Shown piece by piece: positions 36,531-50,149 of a DNA stretch of 64,000 nucleotides. How positions within the stretch are numbered: the stretch's first letter is position 1; each line of letters begins with the position of its first letter. The stretch covers positions 6,969,573-7,033,572 of the forward strand of contig JAHRHZ010000084.1 of NCBI GenBank assembly GCA_024137785.1, in the 5' to 3' direction. The notes under the pieces were generated by a model. The model worked only from the letters and a program-made list of their open reading frames with translations, had not been told where the DNA came from and ran no database searches. A program made the translations under genes and the position numbers. This DNA is from Ginglymostoma cirratum (taxonomy: Eukaryota).

Positions 36531-37089
36531 CCTCTTCACATTTTAGTCCCTTGTCATGGACGTCGAGATGATGATAATGACAACTGTGAGGGTTCATCGG
36601 GTAAACTAAAGTACTGAATGTTAAGAACACATTACGTGATTGCATCCATGATTCCTGTTTGACTTTTGCTGTATACTCTGTTGCGTATTACGCTCCTTCT
36701 CGTTTGTCCTAAGCTCAAAGTGCACGGACTGTAAATACTTTAACTCGCATATCTCCTCTGTCCATGCTGGGGACTTTGCTCTTTATTTTTTAGCCAACGC
36801 TCCCGAGTTCGAACTTCATCAACAGTGAAATATAAGAATTGCGGGTACGGACTATTTGAAATAAAACCGGAAACGACGGAGAGAGTCAAGAAATCTGTCA
36901 GCATTTCTGGAGACAAACAAAGTTAATATTTCGAGTTTGATGCTCCTCAAGTAGCGTCCACACATAAAGCATTTTCAGTCTATCTCTCGCTGCATCAGCG
37001 GATCCTACTAAATCTGCTGACTTTCTTCAGTAATTTCTGTTTTATTTATCCGACATTCACTATTTTCCATTCAATGGAAGAATTCACCG

Positions 37090-37880
37090 ATGGCTGAAAT
37101 CAGGCAAAATCAGCTTTTCAAGGCCCTGTTTTGCCTGTGGTTGTGTTACTTGCACTGTCCCAAGTGCCATTCCCGTGAAGACGGAAAGACAATAAGTGGC
37201 AATGTCACGAATATAGCAACTGTTCGACCTCAAAGAGCAAGTTATGTCAGCATGAAGGAAACCTTGAAATTGAATTTTATTGCTGCAATTATGTAACTGT
37301 TTGCAAAGCAATTTAAGTATTCCCCAATGCCTTACGTTTACGTCGCCTCTCCATATCCCTTTTAGTGTCTTCAAAGGGTTTATTTACAAGGTAATATCGT
37401 TATAAAAATGCTGGTTACACTTTGGTATATAAACTGACGCATGCATTACCTCTGAGCCTCGAACTTCAGAATTATTGTTTCGCTGTTTCCTGGAGTTCGT
37501 GGCGATGGATACGATTATTTTGCACCCACCATATGGGATGCACTAAACAATTCAAATTTCTAGATTATTTCGGAGTAAAGCGTTCACCTGGGGCAAAATA
37601 TATCGGGGTTACAGGATGTGGTGGACGCTCTTTTTCTCCATTCACTCCTCCTCTTCCCCCACCGCAATTATCGCAAGAAAAATCAAGTGGAATTTAACTC
37701 GTCCATTGGAACACCACCCAACAGCCATAAACGTCTGTGGGAGGATGACGTTGGCTAAATACAGGAGTTCTGCCACTCACACGGGAATATGCTTGTACTT
37801 TGGGTGTTACTGGCAGATCTGTTAGTTGCGTCATCTCTCAGTAATGGGCGGTCCAGGAAGAGACTGATTTCGGCTGCCGC
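37090..37880 (-). pseudogene. Decayed paralog of gene A 5' region (promoter, leader/intron 1, start of V exon)
   Basis: Collinear blocks shared with gene A: TTATTTCGGA (37565 vs 26897), ACCTGGGG (37586 vs 26922), GATGACGTT (37744 vs 27099), AGTTGCG (37824 vs 27185). At the expected V position, the minus strand reads GMALGTVQVTQPQ after a mutated acceptor. Confidence 0.45.
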
Positions 37881-38699
37881 AAAAAAATTGAGTCCCGGGA
37901 TTTTACAGTGGAGAGGGATCCTTACATCCAGCGATGCGAGAGAAGGAGTGGATGTCTGGTTCTCTCAATAGACTGCGCAGAACAAAGGTGAATGGAATTT
38001 TGGAGGACGGATCTGGATATATACTCACATGCCCAATGGCGTAGGAATTCAATCCTGGGATCAAAGTGCTGATGACAGTAACCAGGTATGAATACTGGAG
38101 CAACTATGCACGTGGATAGGAGTGATCGTTGCTCAGGAATATAATGGAATAATCCATACTTGCCTGGGTGAGTGCAATTCCAACAACACTCAAGGAAGTG
38201 GAACATCATCCGGGGTAAAGCTGTTTCGTCGATTGGCATCAAATCCATTAACATTCTTTCCCCTTAGTACTGAAGTTCAGTTGCAGTAGTAAGTACCATT
38301 TGCAAGATGACCTGCAGAAATCCATCAAGGTTCCTTTGACAGCACCAACCAAATCCATGATTGCAACCACCGAGACGGACAAGGAAGCAAATCATTATGA
38401 ATAACTCCACCTGCAATTTCCTCTCCAAGCTGTTCAGCATCCTGACTTGAAAATTTATCATTGTAGCTTCAGTGGCTGTGGGTCAAAATTCTGGAATTTC
38501 TTCACAAATTGCATTGAGATCTATCTATACCAAATGGTATACACCTCAAGAAGGAAGCTAATCATCACATTCCAAAGGGTGACTAGGAAAGGGCAATAAA
38601 TCTTTGGTCTAGCCAGCAGCATCTACATCCAATGAGTGTTTTCATTTAAAAAAAAACACAAATATGATTGTTCTGATGGAACTTGTTCTGCACAATGGA

Positions 38700-41600
38700 T
38701 GTTGTAGTGATAGTTTAAAAAAATCAGATTGGTGGATGCATAGAATATGAAATCCCTGATTAGGATTATTAATCTGGCCCAATCAGGGAGCCCTGGTTGA
38801 CAAATATATGCCAGGAGTGTAAGAAGTTCAGTTCATTCTGAGAGCTGGCTCTGAGGGAGTTGGATAAGAGCCAAGGAATCTCCATACATAAATTAAGGGT
38901 TCCCTGGTGATGGGATACCAGCTTCTGTCGAGTTATTTCAAGGCAATGAGAGAAGCCTGAAGAAATTCACTCACAACTGTTGCTTTTGAGTTCAGGTAAG
39001 CATTTCTGGCATCGTACTCTTACTGGGGAAGCTTGACTCATTCTATCCTGACTTCAAAACCTGCAGCCAGCATGTGGAATGACAGATTATTTTTTTTTCT
39101 GGGCAAATGACACTGGGGAAGGTGAAAAACAATGAATAATTCTCCTGCCAGCGTGTGGACCCACAGTTTTTTTTTATTATGGGAACATAACCCTCCCTGA
39201 GGCATCAGATGTGAAAACCTTTCAAGAGTTACCGGATTTAGTTAATGAATATTATGACCCCAAGCTTCCTCGAATTCTGAGAAGTTATCAGTTTTACTCG
39301 GCAGTTCAAGAATCGGGGAATCCACATCTGGATTTTAGACTAATTTATGACAACTGACAGAGACATGTGACATTGGTTTAACCCTTACCATTATGCTGAG
39401 AGATCATTTAGTATGTAGGATTAATGGTGCAACCATGTGAAAGCAAGTACTAGCAGAAGCCAAACTGGCCTTCAACCAGGCAATACAACTGGCTTCGCAG
39501 CAAGTGGAGAATAAATGTAGCAGAATATGCCAATAGAAGTGGACATCCTCACCAGTTTGACATGATTTTGGGGAACACCACTTGAGTGAAGGCAATGGTC
39601 AGGATATTTGCTGAACAGAGGGTCTGTAGGTCAGCTCACAACAAAACCCCGCAAAAAAAAGCCAAGCTTCGGCTAAATGGTTAGCATTTTCTTCAGGATT
39701 CAGGCCAGCAAAACATTGTATTTGCTGCCAGAATGTGGATTCAAGGCAGCAAAAGAGTCCCACTAGACTTAAATGGAGTAATAGAAATCATAGGCTGACA
39801 TTTAGGAGAGTGCACACCCTGGAAAGTCCACCTACATCTGGTTTGGAACAGTTAAAATGCTTAGCAACATCCAAATTGAAAGAAATCAAAATAAACATTT
39901 AGTTAAATCATCACTGGGTTCTAATGGTGGTCGATACCAGCGCAGCTGTTTCAGTGATCACAGAACCAGTCTTTGACAAAATTCACTCCCAACTCGAACT
40001 TGTAACTTCATGCACGACCTCAGCAAGACTGAGAACCTATACAGGGGAACCTTAAAAGAATAAGGGCAAAACTTTATTTCCAGTCTCTTATGAGAAGAGC
40101 TGGTTCAGTTACCACCTATTGTAGTAAAAGTCTCAGCCAAAAGCTTGATGAGATGAAATTAGGGTTGAGGAAGTTTCACCGAGATTGGCTCAACGTTTTT
40201 TAATTAGAAAATGGCTGCCTGTGTGAATTCCTAATTAAAGAACCAGACGTATTCAGGAAGGTCTTGCGACTATAAGAGCAGCCAAGGCCACCTTATCCAT
40301 TGATCAGGAAGCAGTTCCGCGATTCTGCAAGGCCAGCCCAGCGTCATTTCCTTGCAGGCAAATGAAGAGGCAGAAATCAGATGTCTGGAAAGCACAGGAA
40401 TCAGGAAACCGGTCCAGTTTAAGGAATAGGCAGCACTGGTCATGCCGATTGTGAAGCCTGGCTGGTCTGTTCGCCTTTGTGGGGATGTTAAAAAAACAGT
40501 AAATGGCTTTTCATAGCTGCATAAATACCCAATCTCTTGCAGAGGATTTATATGCAAAGCTGGAAGGGGGTTGAGCGGGGGGATGGGCACTGTCCTTCAT
40601 GAAGCTGGACATGAGCCACGCATACATTCATTTGCGGTTAGATGAGGATTCCCAGATGCATGCTTAACTAATATCGATTAGGGTTTGCACCAATATATGA
40701 GACTGTCATTTGGGGCAACATCAGCCTGTTCAATTTTCCAATGGACAACAGGGAACATTTTACAAAGTCTACCCCAGGTTACCATTTATCTGGCTAACAT
40801 GATAATTACAGGGAAGGAACATGTAGAGAACCTGGACTTTGCCCTTAGACATTTCTCTCTGGCAGGCATATGCCTTGGAAGGTAAAAATGTGCGTTCAAG
40901 GCACCCAAGTGACCTGCTTGGGCTACAGTATCATTTACACTCACTGGAAGATAAAGTGAGGACGATCATAGGTGCCCTGGCTCCCATGTCTGTATCAGAG
41001 CTTAGGTCTTTCCTTCAGCTGGGGAATTATGACGGAAAGTTCATTCCTAACACGGCCTCCATCCTGGTACCTTTGCATCAACCCTTGAAAAATGGTCTGC
41101 CTTAGAAATTACCATATAGCCAAACCATAGCTTTCAGGGAAGTGAAGAAACGGTTATCATTTCTTAGTGTTCTGGCGCACTATGATCCCAAGTGAAATCT
41201 GGTATTGACATGCAAGTCCTCCCCGTACGGCTTTGGGGTAGTATTATGTCATAGGTAGCCCAATGGAGAGGAACGCCCAATCGTGTATACATCTGGTACT
41301 TTGTACAATGCAGAGCTTAAATACACCCGGATAGAGTAGTAAGGTTTGATGTTCATATTTGGAGTCAGGAAGTTCCATTAATACCTTTTTGGATATAAAT
41401 TTGTAATAATAATGAACCACAGACCCCTGATAGATCTACTTGAAAAAGACAAAGGAGTTCTGCTCGCAGCTTTAGTCTGAATTCAGTAGTAGGCTCTAAT
41501 ACTATATCTCTATAACTAAAGGTTAGAACACACTCTGAGAGGCCAAGTAGTAAATGCAGAAGCATTGAGCCACCTCCCACTGGCAGATACACCACCAGTA

Positions 41601-43588
41601 GTATGGCCACTGGAACAGTCCGTAGTGTATTTAAACTTTCTGTACACACTTCCAGTCACAGCTGACAATTTCAGACTTTGGACACAGAAATATCTGGCCA
41701 TGGCAAAACTCAAACAGCTGGTGGTTGTGGGGTAACCAATAGGCATCACAACGAGAATTGAAAAGTCTGACCCGTGGAGACCAGATCACAGTCGAGGACA
41801 GCATATTAGCGTAGAGAGAGAGTGTGATTGTCCGAAGAAAAGTTTGTTGCCAGATACTGGCTGAACACCACCATGGTCATTCAGGGATTTCCAAAATGAA
41901 AATGTTAGCAATAATTTATGTCTGGTGGCAATGACTGGGTGCAGACATAACTGCATTGGTGGGGCAGTGCTCAGAGTGTTAACAAGGAGAAAAATTACCA
42001 CCAGCAGCTCACCCACATTCCTGGGAATGGCCACACAAAGACTGGTCTTGGTTACGTGTCAATTATGCAGGTCCTTTCGTTGGGTCAAAGTTCTTAATCG
42101 TTGTGGAAGCCCACTCAAAGTGGTTGGAAATGCATAGAGTTCATTCATCAAACACGAGGATGATGATAAAAAAACTGCATGCATCTTGTTCAATACTCCT
42201 GAAAGTGTTGGTCACCAATAAAGGTGCATCGTTTACCAGCAGGAAATTTGAATATTTCCTAACGTTGAATAGCATTCATCATATGAGGAAAGCTCCATGC
42301 TATCCATCATCCAATTGTCTGGCAGAAAGTGCAGTCCAAACTTTGAAGGCAGGATTAAAGAAGCAGCTGATAGCTTCACGAGATACGAAACAGTTCCTAG
42401 TGGATTTTTCGGACCGCCCCAGATGCAAATACAGAAATTGCTCCTGCAGAGTGGGTAGTTGCGAGAATACTCTGCACCAGGTTAAATCTGATCTTGCCAG
42501 ATCAGTGTTGGAGGAGGTGGGGTGTGGGGAGGGTGAAATGGCACCAGTAGAGTCAATGCCAGACACAAGACTCTGCTAAGTGAGAGACAGTTTACTTCAG
42601 AGACGATGTTTGGTGTAGGAACCATGGGAATGACCTGTATAGGTAAGAGGCATGGTCAAGTCACAGTCAAGCCTGGTGACACAAAGTTTGGGTTAGTGCA
42701 ATGGCACTGAACAAGCATTTGGACCATATGAAAGCTGCAAACCTGCAAACGGTGTGGAAACAAAATGTGCCCAGCTCCTCGACTGCCTTTCCAACTGCTT
42801 TGGAACCCATTGGCTCTCCCTTTCTGTCAAGCATTGAAGATAACTTGGAATCTGAGATAGACACACTACCTGAAAAGGAGAATGTACTTCTTCCAAGATT
42901 CTCCGGGCACAAGAGGTAAGCTGGTATGTATTACATGCCATCCCTATCAGAGGCAGAGTTGGTAGAACCTGACCCAATGCTAAAACGCCTCAGGAGGAGC
43001 TACAAAGGAAAGACCAGGCCTATATTCTTGGACTAGGGATGGTCGGGGCAGGGGGTGGGGAGGAGTGATGTGGATGTAGTGAATGGCTCCCTGACCTTAT
43101 TGCAAACAGGAAGTCATGGCTGTCAGATATAAACAGGAGTTTCAGAACCATAGAACCCCTACAGTGTGGAAACAGGCCCTTTGGCCAAACAAGTCCACAC
43201 CAACACTCAGAGCATCCCACCCAGGTACATCCCACATAACCTACCTAATAAACACCTTCCTGAACACTGCAGGCAATTTAGAATGGCCAATCCACCTAGC
43301 CTGCACGTCTTTGGACAGTGGTAGGAAACCAGAGCACCCGGAGGAAACCCACGCAGACACAGGGAGAACGTGCAAACTCCCCACAGGCAGTCACCCGAGG
43401 CTGTCATCGAACCGGGTCCCCAGCAGTGAGGCAGAAGTGCTAACCACTGAGCCACCGTGCCGCCCCAGAATTTCTGTTCACTCTGACAGCTGGTTCTGAG
43501 GATGATGCACCAGGTCAAAGACGCTCCACGTGTCCAAAAGAGGATGATGTGGGGGTGATGGGATACAGGCCTGTGTGGAATTATTTCA
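38700..43588 (+). mobile_element. Decayed full-length Ty3/Gypsy LTR retrotransposon (gag-PR-RT-RH-IN)
   Basis: RT HQYMRLSFGATSACSIFQ..VTIYLAN (decayed YLDD) at 40685-40885; APMSVSELRSFL at 40839-41105; integrase HSKWLEMH..VTNKGASFTS..PCYPSSNCLAESAVQTLK at 42103-42579. Both LTRs end ggtgatgggatac...ttatttca (38940, 43588); polypurine tract at about 43050-43067. Confidence 0.88.
43146..43466 (-). mobile_element. HE1-like tRNA SINE inserted in the Gypsy 3' LTR
   Basis: Minus strand begins ggggcggcacggtggctcagtggttagcact; cagaa is repeated at both ends. Confidence 0.9.
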
Positions 43589-45759
43589 GATGCCAGCTAA
43601 CCAAATACTTGCATCCTAGAGCCATAACATCAGACATGATTTGGGCAGATTCTTCTGCACTGTGCTCAGATCTGTACTGTTCTTTGGCACCTCTGTCAGA
43701 CATTCCTCCAATGGCTTGGGATCTCCATCAGTTCCTTTATAGTTGTGTCCAGAGGCCCATCAGTGCAGTGCACTCAGCCAGGACCTATTCACCATCAGTC
43801 TTCCAAGTGTCATTTTTCCTTGAATGCAAGTCGGCTTCAGTACTGTACTCAACACAATGTGATCGTGAGCATACTGTAAATAGACTAATCATTCAGATGA
43901 AAGATTCTGCCCTAGTAGAGGTAGTTGGTTCTGGTTTGGGAGGAGGGTATGGAGATAGTTGTGGTTTGCGAAAGGCATGAATGGATCTAACTTTCCTTGT
44001 CAAAGGTGCTGGTAAAAATAGGCCTGGCGGCTGGGACTTATTTTATTGTGGTTCTTACTTAGGAATTGGTCTGGAGACTGCATAGAAAATTATAAATAGT
44101 TGTTAGCATCAGGACCTATGACCTTTCTCCAGGTTTTCCTTGAGATTTTGGTGCATGATGTGCAGCTGGGAGCAGCTGTTTTGAGGTTTTCTACTACATG
44201 GTTGTAGATGTCTAATCTTGTCTTCACCTTGTTCTCCTGCTAGCTCCGTGGTCTGCTCTTCAAAGAGGATGAGCCCCCCTTATGTGAGGCATTCAGACCA
44301 CCCTCCCAACAATCTATACATTTTTGCTACTGCTTGTTCATGGTCTTCTTCTGCAGAAAATCATTAGTATTTGTACATGATCATCATACGTAGGCACCAT
44401 GGAGGAGCAACTTATAAAACTTTTCCCTGTATTTTTCAAGAAAAAGTACATAATTTCTATTCTATTCTATTATATACCAGCACCAATAGATAGATAGAAA
44501 TGTCAATCCCCAGAGCTGTATGTGTTATTCATAAGATGCATTGAGTGAGTGGAAGTTTAGAAGTTAAATACTTCTAATTGAAAATGATTAAAAATCATCA
44601 AATAGCTACTGGTGATGCAAACCAATAAAAAAAAATGATGTGTGCCTGGGATACCTCTGAAGTATTCATTCTGAAGCCATGTTTTATGATGCTGTCCTTA
44701 TCCATGAAAACCTGTGGTGAAAAGTTATATGAAGTACATATTCTCTTAGTTGTGATGAAAAGTCAGTGAACTAGTGCATGAGTGTGAGCTATTGAGTGTT
44801 GTACATACCTTCACTTATGCATGAATTGTCTTCAATATCATAAGTGTGAGGGAACAGCACTGTGGTGTGACTAGTGTGACATTGGCAGCTGTAATGAAGA
44901 AACAGACGTTAATTACACAGGAGCTATCTGATTGAATTACCTGGTATTAATTCTTGTGAATGACAGCAATGTACGTTCACTCATAAGGGTATGAAGCATT
45001 GAGTAGACAATGGTACATCCTTTGTTAGAGAGCAGCAGATCATTCATCCTCTTGCGGCACTGGATCAAGTCCTGAAGAATCTTATGTTTCAATAAGTTGC
45101 CTCTCATTCTATTAAATTTCAAAGATTACAGCCCAACTTACTGAACCTCTCCTCATAAGATAGTATCTTTATACCCAGGATTCCAAGCTAGAGAACATCC
45201 ACTGGATTGACTCTAATGCCAGTCTGTGCTTTTCAGATGGGTTTATTAAGACAAAACTGTTCACAGTATTCCAGGTATGGCTTAACTTGTGCTTTGTATA
45301 GTCTTAGCAGAATGTCCCTATATTATGCTCCATTCCCTTTGGAATGAAGTCCAAACAACCATTTGCCTTCCCTATCACCTCCTGAACTTGTATGCTAGCT
45401 TGTTGCAATTTATGACTTTGAAATCCCATTATGCTGTACTTTCGTCCAATATTTTTCCATTTAAATAATATCCAATCCTTTCATTGTTCCTTCCAAAATG
45501 CATGAATTCACATTTCCCCACGTTATATTCTAGCAGGTCAAAAGCTAGGAATCTTGCAGTGAGTAACTCACCTCCTCACTGCACCTCCTCAGTGGTGCCA
45601 CAGAGTTAGCCTTGGTGGTCAATATTGAAGTCTCCCATTCTGAGTAAATTCTGAATTACTGTCACCGTCAAGTGCTGTTCGACATGAAGATGCACAGATA
45701 CATCAGCTAAAGGAGTGGGGAGCATGAACGGAGAGTATGAGCAGGAGTTTTCTTTGCCC

Positions 45760-46580
45760 TGATTTGATTTTATTTGATTTATTACTGTCACATACACTGA
45801 CGTGCAGTCAAAAGTGTAATCTTATGTTTTTTACAGGCAGATTGTACTGTACAAGTGCATCATGGTAACAGAGCAAACTGCAGTATACAATGGTACAGCT
45901 GCCAAGAAGGTGCAGAAAGAGATCAACAATAACATTAAAGAGGTCTATTCAAAAGTCTGATAACAGCAGTGAAGAAGCTGGTCTTGAATCTGTTTTTACG
46001 TGTGTACAAAATTTGTATAAACTTATATAGCTTCTGCTCAATGTAAGAGGGTGGAAGAGAGTACAAGCAGAGTAGGAGGGCCCTTTGTTTTTATTGGTTG
46101 CTTTCACAATGCAGTGGGTAGTATCGGTGAAGTTAATGGATGACAGGCTGGTTTGCATGGTGAACTGGAATGTATTCACAACTTTCTCTAGTTTCTTTCA
46201 GTCTTTGAAGGGCAGTTATGTACCATGCTGTGAAGCATCCAGATAGGATGCTTTCTATGGTGCATGTATAAAAATTTGTACTAGTCTTAATGAACATGCC
46301 AAATTTCCTTCGCCTCCTGAAGAAGTAGAAGTATTATTGTGCTCTCTTGATTGTAGTGTCAACATGGGCGGACCAGGACAGATTATTGATCATCACTACC
46401 AGGAACTTGATGCTCTCGACCATCTCCACTTCAGCACCATTGATACAGTCAGGGGTAAGCCCTCCAGTCCACTTCCTGAAGCCAATGACCAGCTCTTTCA
46501 TTTTGCTGACATTGGTGGAGAGATTGTAGTCTTTACATCTTGCCATTAAGAGCTCTAGCTCCTTCCTGTGCTTTGTCTTT
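45760..46580 (-). mobile_element. Rex1/Babar-type LINE RT C-terminal fragment
   Basis: ORF 46334-46624: CKDYNLSTNVSKMKELVIGFRK..INGAEVEMVESIKFL..NLSWSAHVD..IKRAQ. Confidence 0.75.
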
Positions 46581-47093
46581 GTAGGGTAGAACAATGGCTG
46601 CCCATTGGTATAAAATGGCTGCAATAACAGAATTAGCTTGCCTGATCCAGCATTAGAGTGAGGTTATAAGTTAAGCACAATGGTTGCTTTGAGAAGGAGG
46701 GAACCCAATGTAACAGGATCTTTTTGAATAAAGAATCATACAAATTAATCTCGAGGGAGTTCCGTACAAACAACAGCTGGGGAAACTCTGTAAGAATCAG
46801 TCTGGTAAGAGGTGTCTGGAAATAGCCCAGAGTTGTAAATCAGCACGAATTCGAAAAAAGCATCACTCAAAAATGATAGAGTCGAATGATAAATTAAAAG
46901 AATAACAAAATTATGCCTTCTAAAAACCTGGAGTTTGCATAAGTTCACTGTACTGTGAAAAGTTATTGAGTTTAATTCTTATTAAACAAATAGAAGTTAT
47001 CTATTAGGTAAAAAGTGTTAGGGTAGAATATTCAGAGTCAGCAAATTTCATCTTAAAAGACAGCATATGATTAGAAGGCATGTATTTTGTTTC

Positions 47094-48235
47094 TGAGATC
47101 GTAAAAACTGCCGATGCTGGTGTCAGAGATGACACAGTGTGGAGCTGGAGGAAAATAGCAGGCCAGGAAGCATCAGAGGAGCAGGAAAGCTGACGTTTCG
47201 GGTCGAGACCCTTCTTCAGAAATGGGCGAGGGGGAAGGGAGCTCTGGAATAAATAGAGAGAGGAGGGGTGGGTCTGGGGAAGGTAGGTAGGATGGTGATA
47301 AGTGAATGCAGGTCGGCAGTGGTGGGGATTGGTCAGTGTGGTGGGAGGAGCGGATAGGTAGGAGAGAAGACGGATAGGTTAAGGAGGTGGGGATGAGAGG
47401 GAGCTAGGTAGGAGATCAGACATCAGATAGATGTTAACCTGCACATCCAGTAATGTGGTCTATTGCATCCGCTACTCCTGATGTGGCTTCATCTACATCA
47501 GTGAGACCAAGCGTAGGCTCAGACATCACTTTGTAGAGCATCTGTGCTCAGTTCGCGGCAAACAACAACACCTTCCAGTCGCGAATCACTTCAACTCCCC
47601 CTACCACTCCCTGGACAACATGTCCATCCTGGGCCTCCTCCAGCGTCACAATGACGCCACCCGAAAACGAGATGAGCAGCGCCTCCTATTCCACCTTAGC
47701 AGCTTATAAACCAGTGATCTCAATGTGGACTTTACCAGCTTCAAAATCTCCCCACCCCCGGCCTCATCCCATGACCAACCCTCCCTCTCATCCCCGCCTC
47801 CTTGACCCGTCCGCCTTCTCTCCCACCTATAAACTCCTCCCACCTCACTGACTGATCAACCCCGCTGCCTACCTGCCCTCACCTATAGCCATCCCACCTA
47901 CCTTCACCAGCCCCTCTCATCCCTGCCTCCTTGACCTGTTTGTCTTCTCACCTACCTATCATCCTCTCATCCCCACCTTCTTGAACTGTCCGTCTTCTCT
48001 CCCACCTGTCCGCTCCTCCCACTTCACTGACCAATCCCCACCACTGCCTACCTACACTCACCTATCACCACCCCACCTACCTTCCCCAGCCCCACACCCC
48101 CTCCCGCTGTTTATTTCAGAGCTCCCTTGCCCCTCCCCCATTTCTGAAGAAGGGTTCCGACCCAAAACATCAGTTTTCCTGTTCCTGTGATGCTGCCTGG
48201 CCTGCTGTGTTCTTCCAGCTCCACACTGTGTTATC
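47094..48235 (+). mobile_element. Penelope-like fold-back element (about 1.1 kb) with 13-bp TSD
   Basis: Inverted terminal arms; GIY-YIG remnant at about 47420-47750; flanks tgtattttgtttc (47081-47093) and tgcattttgtttc (48236-48248). Confidence 0.88.
47192..47219 (-). ncRNA. Minimal type I hammerhead core (intact)
   Basis: Minus strand CTGAAGA-A-GGGT(ctcg)ACCC-GAAA-C-GTC. The partner at 48144-48171 has GAAA changed to AAAA. Confidence 0.72.
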
Positions 48236-50149
48236 TGCATTTTGTTTCCACTGTGTTGCAAAAAAGTGACCTCAATATTTGACCATTTGATTAAAGCTGA
48301 GGAGCATAAAATTACTTCCCTTCTTACCCTGAAATAAATTTCTCCAATCAATAGGTATGAACAAATCAGAAGGCCTTTGAAGTAAAGCACATATCAGACA
48401 AGTTGAAACTACAGTTGCTTCATTTTTTGGCAAATGACAGCATTTTAAAACAGTAAAGTGATGTATGTTATGACATTTAACTGATTTGTCCCTAGAAGAC
48501 AAGTAAAAAAGGAAAATTGATTCTAGTGACCTCTACTTGAAACTTATGTTTTATCATAAACCTTTTAGTCTTAGAGTACATTGCCAATTTTCTCTCCTTT
48601 AAGAATCAATACACAAATTAGATTTTTTTCAGCATTGATCATTTTCAACTAGCTTTACTGAATGGTCAATTTGAGACAATACAAACTGTGAATATCAACA
48701 CGCTATTGAATTGCAAAGGGAATAGAGCTGTTCACTTCATCGTTAATCTTCATATAAAAGTAAGACCAGTGTTTATAGTAAATTTGTAGTGCATAAAAAT
48801 TGGCCAACTGACATCTTGGAGAATGTAGTCCAGTTTGCCATAGAGACAAGAAGACATAAACGCCAACTTTAATGACGATCAATTGCAAATGTTAATAATA
48901 CATCTGACAAAGCTATACTTTGCTTTGTCAGGGACAGGATTATTCTTCAATTTGTCTGTAATTCAAAGGAAATGAAATCCACATGTAGATATCAGGGTCT
49001 AATATTTATTCAATTCACCCGCAATTCAGTATTTTGACAGTAAAATTCAATTCTGTGAAAGTGAAGTCACATTCCACATAGTATAACTAAAGTTTAGTTT
49101 GCAGACTCTAGAATTCTGTTTTTTAATATATATTTTAACTGTGGAAAATTGCCTTGAGAATGGCTGAAAGTTTAATACAATATTTTGATTTAAATTGTCA
49201 CTGTATAAATTTGGATCTAAAAATGAACATAACTCTTAACATACTACAAAATATCTGGTACCTTTGTTCTTGTTTCTCACTTGTGTCTTTGAGCTCATCG
49301 ACAAGATTGGGAGTATACGTTGGGTACCCTGTACTACATCTAATGTGTACTCTGATGATTCAAATTAGATTGGTAATCTTGAAGCAGAAGATCCTATTCA
49401 TATTTCACTCAAGTTAAACCAGGACGTAACAAATATCTCCATTCAAATAATAAACAAAGTATTATTGCATAATCTTTCAGGTATTCTAGTGAGTTCATAT
49501 CGCTCAATCTTTGGACCAGAATGGCAGGAAACAGTAGCTTCATATCTGACCTACAATTGTTCAATTCCAGCACTTCTCATATAACTGATTATGATTGCAG
49601 AACCTCTCATTCTACCAAATTCAGACAATAACAGTGAAAGAATCCAAGTGGTTTTATTTATTTACAGAACAAGCATATTTGAAGCTATCTAACATAACAA
49701 AATATTTGCCATTCAGTCATGTTCGTACTTATCACCTTCCACTGTCAAGAATAGAAACATTTAATGATTTTGATGCTCCTTGTAGTAAGGTAAGATAATA
49801 TGTTTCCTGTAAGAATTAAGCTATTGCAAATGGTTTTATGATGCAAGTTGAGAAAGGAATTAATTCACTAGCTTTATAAAATGAAGCAAATTCTAGCTTA
49901 GGATGTGCTTTGTAAAATGTATCAAGCTGCATATAAGATTATGGTGCCTTGTTCTCCTGAAGTATAATTGTTGAGCTATACATGGCTATAAATCTTCCCC
50001 ACCAAAACTTGGGTAAAGAGCTTATGATTTGTGATTTGTCCACACTCATTCCATTGAAGTTCTTTATTACTATGCTTATAGCATGGAACTGAATGATCTT
50101 CCCAATTCAGCACGGAGCTGAACAAGGTTGTGCTGAATTCAGGTGATGC

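Noticed and set aside
37090-37296. Plus ORF MAEIRQNQLFKALFCLWLCYLHC, signal-peptide-like
   Set aside because: No good donor or downstream exons; it is antisense to the V-like remnant.
37789-37840. Plus-strand signal-peptide-like ORF MLVLWVLLADLLVASSL with phase-1 GTAATG donor
   Set aside because: No plus-strand V or C1 exon was found downstream, and the stretch aligns with the minus-oriented gene A promoter, so it is probably coincidental.
49481-49789. Plus segment with strong acceptor and AAG|GTAAGA donor (AYLKLSNIT, Ig-like)
   Set aside because: In-frame stop and no coherent domain signature.
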